Part shown: positions 58,087 through 64,000 of the stretch, one piece after another
How the letters are laid out: each line of letters starts with the position of its first letter
Numbering within the stretch: position 1 is the first letter of the stretch
Source: Candidatus Poribacteria bacterium
GTDB taxonomy: Bacteria; Poribacteria; WGA-4E; PCPOR2b
Direction: 5' to 3'
DNA length: 64,000 bases
NCBI GenBank assembly: GCA_965198175.1
Contig: OZ240245.1
Location: forward strand, 1,728,001-1,792,000
Made by a program: the position numbers and the translations under genes
The notes under the pieces: generated by a model
Seen by the model: only the letters and a program-made list of their open reading frames with translations
What the model was told of the DNA's origin: nothing
Database searches by the model: none

Positions 58087-60738
58087 ATGACATCCAATGA
58101 GATTCGATTGAGCTTTTTGGATTATTTCCGGGAGCGTGGTCATACCATTGTTCCCAGCGCACCGGTGGTGCCTGCAGATGATCCGACTCTAATGTTTACA
58201 AACGCTGGTATGAACCAGTTTAAGGACGTGTTTTTGGGTGTTGGTCAACGCGAATATAAGCGTGCGGCTGACACTCAGAAGTGCATTCGCGTCAGCGGCA
58301 AACATAACGATTTAGAAGAGGTCGGTTACTCTAAGCGGCACCATACCTTTTTTGAAATGCTGGGTAACTGGTCATTTGGGGACTACTACAAACGCGAAGC
58401 TATCACGTTCGCTTGGGAGTTGGTTACGGAAATCTGGAAAATTCCGAAAGATCGATTGTGGGCGACCGTTCATTTGGATGACGATGAATCCGAAAAACTG
58501 TGGACGGAAGTAACCGATGTGCCCGTGGGACAGGTGCTCCGATTCGATAAGGACAACTTCTGGGAAATGGGGGATACCGGTCCGTGTGGCCCCAATTCAG
58601 AAGTTCACATAGATCTCGGACCTGAGGCATGTCCAACCCTGGATACGCTACACGAGTGCAGTGTAAATAACTGCGATCGGTACCGTGAACTCTGGAATCT
58701 CGTGTTCATACAGTACAACCGCGACGCGGAGGGAAAACTGTATCCGCTACCAGAAAAACACGTTGATACCGGTATGGGTTTTGAACGCGCAGTTGCAATC
58801 TTGCAGGGCGCCGATTCAAACTACAAAACTGATGTGTTCATTCCCTTGATTGATGCCATTTGCAATATCACGAATCGTGCCTATTCGGAGGATATCCTTG
58901 GTGTTCCCCACCGCGTCATTGCCGATCACGTGCGGTGCCTGACGTTTTCGATCGGCGATGGTGTGATGCCCTCTAACGAGGGTCGCGGCTATGTGATTCG
59001 ACGAATTTTGCGCCGAGCGGTCCTTTATGGAAAACGGTTAGGGATGGACGCCCCTTTCATTTATCGACTCGTGGATAACGTCATCGAATCACTCGGCTCT
59101 GTCTACCCAGATATCGCCCCACGTCGGGAGTTTGTGAAGCAGATTATTCAGGGCGAAGAAGGGCGATTCCATCAAACCCTTGATCGGGGGCTGGAGATTC
59201 TGGGAAAATCACTTGATGAACTGGAAGCGCAGCAACGTTCTGTCGTTCCCGGTGAAAGCGCGTTTGAACTCTACGATACGTTTGGATTTCCGCTGGATCT
59301 CACCGAGATTTTGGCGCGTGAACGTGGATTGTCAGTCGATGAGAAAGGCTTTGTCGAGGGCATGTCTACGCAGCGAGAGCGCAGTCGTGCCGCTTGGAAA
59401 GCCACTGGTGGCAGTGGGAAGGACGATGAGATTTATTTAGACATTCTCAAGGAATATAAGAAAACCGAATTTTTGGGGTATGATGCGGGGGTTGCAGAGG
59501 CAGAGGTCATCGCTTTGATTCGAGGTGATGAGCTGGTATCGGGAATCTACGAGGGTGATGAAGTTTCCGCCATCCTCGACCGCACGCCGTTTTATGGCGA
59601 ATCGGGCGGTCAAGTCGGTGACATCGGAACAATCGAGAGCGAAAGTGCTAAGCTTGAGGTCGTCGATACTTTCAAGCCGAACCCCGATTTGATTGTTCAC
59701 AAGTGCAGGGTTATCGAAGGAGAGATTGCTCCGCAGACGCCTGTCACATTGCAGATTGATGCGGAGCGACGGGGGCATATTGCTGCGAGCCATACCGCAA
59801 CGCACGTGCTTCACAGCGCTTTGCGTAGGGTACTCGGAATACACGTCAGTCAAGCGGGATCGCTTGTTGAGCCGGGGCGATTGCGCTTCGACTTCGTGCA
59901 CTTTCAGGCTGTCACAGACGATCAACTCCACGAGATTGAAGGTTTCATTAACGATTGCGTTCGTTTGAATGACAAGGTTGAAATCGACTCTATGTCCTTG
60001 CAAGCAGCCAAGGATAAGGGAGCACTTGCGTTCTTCGGCGATAAATACGGTGACGTTGTGCGTATGGTCGAGATTGGCGACTACAGCATGGAGTTATGCG
60101 GCGGCACACATACTCACGCGACCGGGGAAATTGGTCTCGTCAAGATTATGAGCGAAAGCAGCATCGCCGCCGGTACTCGCAGAATTGAAGCCGTAACGGG
60201 AAGGGCAGCCTATCAACATATCTGCTCCGAAGATGATATGCTTTCTTCCATCGGAAGCATACTCAAAACCCAAAAGAATCGTACGCCGGAACAGGTGGAA
60301 AGATTGGTTCAAGCCAATCGAGAACTTGAGCAGCAGATCAAAGAACTACAGGCAAAACTCGCAAAATCCCGGGTCTTTGATCTTGCGAATCGAGCCGTTG
60401 TCGTGGACGGTTTCCGTGTCGTGGCTTCCGTTGTGGACCATACAGATCGGGATGGGCTACGCCGACTCGTCGATGAACTGAAAAATCGCATCGAATCCGG
60501 CGTTGTCGTACTCGCTTCGGCAACTGGGAACGAAGTCGCATTCATTGCTGGCGTTACTCCTGATCTCGTGGAACATCGCGGCTTGCAAGCCGGTAAAATT
60601 ATTCAAGCGGTCACCCGTGTTGCTGAAGGGCGCGGCGGCGGGCGCCCCGAACTTGCTCAGGGAGGCAGCAAGGATCCGAGCAAGATGAAATGCGCGATAG
60701 ATGCCGTCGTGAAAATTGTTGCCAATCAGGTGGATTGA
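58087..60738 (+). CDS. alaS: Alanine--tRNA ligase
   Basis: FTNAGMNQFK, HHTFFEMLGNWSFGDY, DTGMGFER, editing HTATH and ELCGGTH, GGGRPELAQGG. Confidence 0.98.
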   Translation: MTSNEIRLSFLDYFRERGHTIVPSAPVVPADDPTLMFTNAGMNQFKDVFLGVGQREYKRAADTQKCIRVSGKHNDLEEVGYSKRHHTFFEMLGNWSFGDYYKREAITFAWELVTEIWKIPKDRLWATVHLDDDESEKLWTEVTDVPVGQVLRFDKDNFWEMGDTGPCGPNSEVHIDLGPEACPTLDTLHECSVNNCDRYRELWNLVFIQYNRDAEGKLYPLPEKHVDTGMGFERAVAILQGADSNYKTDVFIPLIDAICNITNRAYSEDILGVPHRVIADHVRCLTFSIGDGVMPSNEGRGYVIRRILRRAVLYGKRLGMDAPFIYRLVDNVIESLGSVYPDIAPRREFVKQIIQGEEGRFHQTLDRGLEILGKSLDELEAQQRSVVPGESAFELYDTFGFPLDLTEILARERGLSVDEKGFVEGMSTQRERSRAAWKATGGSGKDDEIYLDILKEYKKTEFLGYDAGVAEAEVIALIRGDELVSGIYEGDEVSAILDRTPFYGESGGQVGDIGTIESESAKLEVVDTFKPNPDLIVHKCRVIEGEIAPQTPVTLQIDAERRGHIAASHTATHVLHSALRRVLGIHVSQAGSLVEPGRLRFDFVHFQAVTDDQLHEIEGFINDCVRLNDKVEIDSMSLQAAKDKGALAFFGDKYGDVVRMVEIGDYSMELCGGTHTHATGEIGLVKIMSESSIAAGTRRIEAVTGRAAYQHICSEDDMLSSIGSILKTQKNRTPEQVERLVQANRELEQQIKELQAKLAKSRVFDLANRAVVVDGFRVVASVVDHTDRDGLRRLVDELKNRIESGVVVLASATGNEVAFIAGVTPDLVEHRGLQAGKIIQAVTRVAEGRGGGRPELAQGGSKDPSKMKCAIDAVVKIVANQVD

Positions 60739-60796
60739 AGAGTTTAGCGCCAGCCTGACATATAGGGCAATCCGTTGATGTAGAAAGGAATAAAAT

Positions 60797-61300
60797 ATGG
60801 AATGGGCTTCGATAGTTTGGAAACTCAGTCTTGCCGTTTTCCTGATCGTACTCAGTGGCGCAGTTGTATATCTGGTTGTACGCTTAGGTAGCGTGCTTGG
60901 AGACCTTGGCGCCACCTTCAAATCAGTAGAAGCAATTGTGGACAAAGAGATGAACAGCTTGCTGAAGGACGTCGATCAAACCGTCAAGGAACTGAATAGC
61001 GAGCTGCCAGAACTGCTTAAAAATATCAGTGCGATTACAGCATCCATCCAGCAGATTAGCGAATCTGAAGTCCAACCGATAACGCATAACATTCATGAAA
61101 TGACTGATGTTGTGGGTCAGAGTGTTGCCAAGCTGGATGAGTTGGTGAACTTGCTCGGCGATTTTTCCCAAAACACGGTCAAACATGCCGAGTACTATCG
61201 CGATCAACTCGCTGTTCCTATCACAGACATCATTAGTCTGTGGAGCGGAATTAAAACTGGTTGGGAGGTATTTAGTCAATCGCGGAAACCAGATGAATAG
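60797..61300 (+). CDS. DUF948/YtxG-like membrane-anchored coiled-coil protein
   Basis: N-terminal TM helix then heptad pattern; precedes YtxH-like gene. Confidence 0.7.
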   Translation: MEWASIVWKLSLAVFLIVLSGAVVYLVVRLGSVLGDLGATFKSVEAIVDKEMNSLLKDVDQTVKELNSELPELLKNISAITASIQQISESEVQPITHNIHEMTDVVGQSVAKLDELVNLLGDFSQNTVKHAEYYRDQLAVPITDIISLWSGIKTGWEVFSQSRKPDE

Positions 61301-61359
61301 GATGGTTCTAAATAGCGCAAGGAGGAAACATCAAGCTTTGGAGAAAGGAGGTTATCAAG

Positions 61360-61722
61360 GTGAACAATGAAAAACAAGGAGGCGGACTTGGGCTCGTAGT
61401 TGCTTTTTTCATGGGTGGTTTAGTTGGTGCTGTCCTCAGTTTACTGTTTGCCCCATTTGCGGGCAGAGAAACGCGAGAAAGGATTCGTGAAGTTTCTACG
61501 GGCGCTAAAGAGTTGACTGTTGATGCGGTTCACACCGCGAAGGGCAGAGCGACTGAACTTGTCAATCAAGGTAAAGAGCGAATCAATGAAACAAAAGGCG
61601 GTATGAAAGCAGCGGTTGAAGCGGGCCAAAAAGCCTTCGTCCAAAAGAAGGTTGAGTTGACAGATGAGGCTGTTCATGAGGACGAGGATTCGAGTGAAAC
61701 CGATGGAGAAACCGCGAGTTAA
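61360..61722 (+). CDS. YtxH domain protein
   Basis: FFMGGLVGA..SLLFAP..G.ETR motif; AAGGAGG RBS. Confidence 0.88.
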   Translation: MNNEKQGGGLGLVVAFFMGGLVGAVLSLLFAPFAGRETRERIREVSTGAKELTVDAVHTAKGRATELVNQGKERINETKGGMKAAVEAGQKAFVQKKVELTDEAVHEDEDSSETDGETAS

Positions 61723-61832
61723 AATTTCTCGGCTTATGTTCAGGCAAAGTGTGAATTCCCATTCGCCCCTGACTTTTATTCGCACGCATTGTTGACCTAA
61801 GCCAATTTCTAGCGCATATCGACGAAAGCGGA

Positions 61833-61868
61833 AGCCACAGGTCGTATTTCCACCTGTGGCTACTTTTT
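61833..61868 (+). terminator. Probable intrinsic terminator
   Basis: AGCCACAGG...CCTGTGGCT followed by ACTTTTT. Confidence 0.55.
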
Positions 61869-61895
61869 AATCACGAATTTCGTATTACGGTTCGT

Positions 61896-62663
61896 ATGAA
61901 TCTTGATAAACTAAAAACGCTCCTTGAAAGTGTTCAGCACGGTGAAATTGACGTTGATGCGGCAATCCAATCACTACGCTATCTGCCGTTTGAAGACATA
62001 CATTTTTCTAAAGTCGATCACCACCGTCAGCTGCGGAAAGGCTTTCCAGAGGTTATCTTCTGCGAGGGGAAAACCGTTAATCAGGTGACAGAAATTAGCA
62101 AGCGGATTCTGGCAGCAGGTCACCTCCTATTTGCGACTCGCGCCACACGAAAAATTTACGAAGCGGTGGTTACCCTTGACGCATCTGCGCGCTTTAACGA
62201 ACTCGGACGAACGATTAGCGTTAGTCAACCATCTGACGAATTGCATGATGGAATCTTGGTGATATCGGCGGGCACATCGGATATTCCTGTTGCTGAAGAG
62301 GCTGTGGAAACCGCCCAGATTATGGGGAACCGCGTTGAACTTCTGTATGATGTCGGCGTCGCGGGATTACACCGTCTGCTCAGTAACCACGAAAAGCTGG
62401 TCAATGCATGCGTGATTATTGTTGTAGCGGGGATGGAAGGGGCACTTCCGAGTGTTGTCGGTGGATTGGTGGATAAACCTGTGATTGCCGTTCCAACAAG
62501 CGTCGGGTATGGCGCCAGTTTTGGAGGTATGGCTGCGATGTTGGGTATGCTGAATAGCTGTGCTGCTGGCGTAACCGTCGTCAATATTGATAACGGGTTT
62601 GGTGCAGGCTATAGCGCGGCGTTGATTAACCAACCGTACAACCCTGCTACAAAAAATCCATGA
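61896..62663 (+). CDS. larB: Nickel pincer cofactor biosynthesis protein LarB (AIR carboxylase-like)
   Basis: DHHR..R.GFPEVI, AGTSD.PVAEEA, DVGVAG.HRL, AGMEGAL.SV, PTSVGYG, VNIDNGFGA. Confidence 0.93.
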   Translation: MNLDKLKTLLESVQHGEIDVDAAIQSLRYLPFEDIHFSKVDHHRQLRKGFPEVIFCEGKTVNQVTEISKRILAAGHLLFATRATRKIYEAVVTLDASARFNELGRTISVSQPSDELHDGILVISAGTSDIPVAEEAVETAQIMGNRVELLYDVGVAGLHRLLSNHEKLVNACVIIVVAGMEGALPSVVGGLVDKPVIAVPTSVGYGASFGGMAAMLGMLNSCAAGVTVVNIDNGFGAGYSAALINQPYNPATKNP

Positions 62664-63777
62664 ACACTTCATTGGCGAGCATCAGCCCCTGACCGGTAAG
62701 TCGCAGAGAACCGTTTCGCCATTCTAGAAGCTTCAGGTCTGTCCACTTCTCTATGATTTCGCCAAATTCTGCCTCAATTGGCTCGCCATACCGGCGCTGA
62801 TAGCTGTTGCACTGGATTCCTTCCCGCTTTCGCAGACCCAACATAACGGTTTCAGCCTTTTCGTCTCGACCGGTGAATCTCTCTGAATACGCAATCGGCT
62901 TCTTGTATTGCGCGAGGCAATCAACATAGTCGGTTATACTGCGAATATTTGAATAACGCACCCCATTGAGATAACCCCATGCGCTAACCCCCAGACCGAT
63001 ACACGGTTCATTGTTCCAGTATACCAGATTGTGCCCGGCTGCATGGCTCGGCTTCGCAAAATTGGAGATTTCGTAGTGTTCATAGCCCACATGGGTCAAC
63101 ATCTCAATTGCAAGTTCATACATATCAGCTTCAAGCTCATTTGAGGGAAGTTTCAGTTTCTCCGCTTGCCGCCACTCGTAGAAGACCGTTCCTTCTTCCA
63201 ATACCAAGTTATATGTTGAAATGTGCTCGGGCTGAAACGCAATCACCGCTTGCAAGGAGGATTTCCACTGCGCAATGGTTTGGTTTGGCAGGGCAAAAAT
63301 CAGATCGATGTTGATGTTATCAAATCCGGATTCACGCGCTAGTTGATAGCTTTGAACCACATCGCTGACTTTGTGGATACGCCCAATTTGGCGCAAGATT
63401 GTGTTATCCATCGCTTGCACGCCGAAACTCAACCGATTGATGCCAGCAGAACGCATCACCTGTAACTTTTCTCGACTCACCGTACCGGGATTACACTCAA
63501 CCGAGATTTCTGCGTCAGGGCAGATTTGGAAATAGGATTGGAGTTCAGTAAATAGGCGATCTAAAGTCCCTGCGGAAAGGATTGAAGGCGTGCCGCCTCC
63601 AAAGAAAATTGTCTTTAATGACGGGCCGGCACCTGCATAAAGCACCATCTCTGTAGATAGGGCGTTGAGATAAGATTGTGCCTGTTCATTATGGAAGGCG
63701 TGAGTATTGAAGGCACAATAGTAGCAGTTCGTGGTGCAGAAAGGGATATGAATATATAATGATAAAGGATGTGTCAT
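62647..63777 (-). CDS. hemW: Radical SAM heme chaperone HemW (HemN-like)
   Basis: LYIHIPFC...C.YC.F, FFGGGTPS, YEISNF, HNLVYW; start ATG 63777. Confidence 0.9.
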   Translation of the reverse strand: MTHPLSLYIHIPFCTTNCYYCAFNTHAFHNEQAQSYLNALSTEMVLYAGAGPSLKTIFFGGGTPSILSAGTLDRLFTELQSYFQICPDAEISVECNPGTVSREKLQVMRSAGINRLSFGVQAMDNTILRQIGRIHKVSDVVQSYQLARESGFDNINIDLIFALPNQTIAQWKSSLQAVIAFQPEHISTYNLVLEEGTVFYEWRQAEKLKLPSNELEADMYELAIEMLTHVGYEHYEISNFAKPSHAAGHNLVYWNNEPCIGLGVSAWGYLNGVRYSNIRSITDYVDCLAQYKKPIAYSERFTGRDEKAETVMLGLRKREGIQCNSYQRRYGEPIEAEFGEIIEKWTDLKLLEWRNGSLRLTGQGLMLANEVFMDFL

Positions 63778-63811
63778 AGCTTGTTCGGGGGAATTCAACG
63801 CTCTCGTTTTT

Positions 63812-64000
63812 TCACTCTTCATCCTCATCAAATTCGGGATGGCGGTCACGTTGCAGGTGAAGATGGAGTAGGTTGGGCACGTTGCGATCACAACCGGTGG
63901 GAGGAACCCGGCGCCCGCCAATTCGAGCCCCACTCCAGAATTCTTGGCAGCCTTCTAAGACCTCAATTTGCAAACTGGGGTGGACTAAACCGGAGTCAAC
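63812..64000 (-). CDS. C-terminal fragment of an unidentified protein entering from beyond the window
   Basis: Open frame ...VDSGLVHPSLQIEVLEGCQEFWSG...HPEFDEDEE-stop ending just before hemW. Confidence 0.5.
   Translation of the reverse strand, partial: VDSGLVHPSLQIEVLEGCQEFWSGARIGGRRVPPTGCDRNVPNLLHLHLQRDRHPEFDEDEE

Noticed and set aside
61800..61870. c-di-GMP-I riboswitch-like words (GACGAAAG..AAGCCACAGGTC)
   Set aside because: No GGCAAACC-type P1/P2 arrangement or tetraloop receptor; a simple terminator hairpin explains it

Overview
Gene-dense bacterial chromosome segment of moderate GC content. The gene repertoire (secreted internalin-like LRR protein, giant HEAT and TPR proteins, Big_5 lipoproteins, PhyH dioxygenase, FRG-TPR proteins, futalosine pathway) resembles Candidatus Poribacteria; this is inference only. 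Housekeeping blocks: mqnE-mqnA, phoH-ybeY-CNNM-tRNA-Pro-recO, thiE, rtcB, iscU/iscA-like, murA, dprA, rpsB-tsf-frr-cdsA-dxr, alaS, larB, hemW. Accessory blocks: an AT-richer type II restriction-modification pair (7.0-9.4 kb) and a tandem FRG/TPR region (53.6-57.9 kb). Most notable observations: (1) a ~70-aa domain I cannot assign to a family is inserted in frame three times, twice inside HEAT repeats of a 1430-aa lipoprotein and once in an unrelated membrane protein, suggesting a mobile or promiscuous protein-insertion module; (2) an AhpD-like peroxidase split by an in-frame TGA in a CxxU motif with a SECIS-like hairpin, a probable selenoprotein; (3) intact and decaying FRG-TPR paralogues sharing a nucleotide tail; (4) an IscU homologue lacking two of three Cys ligands; (5) a DUF62 gene that apparently starts at ATC. 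No CRISPR array, rRNA or transposase seen. All calls are by motif recognition; no database searches were run.
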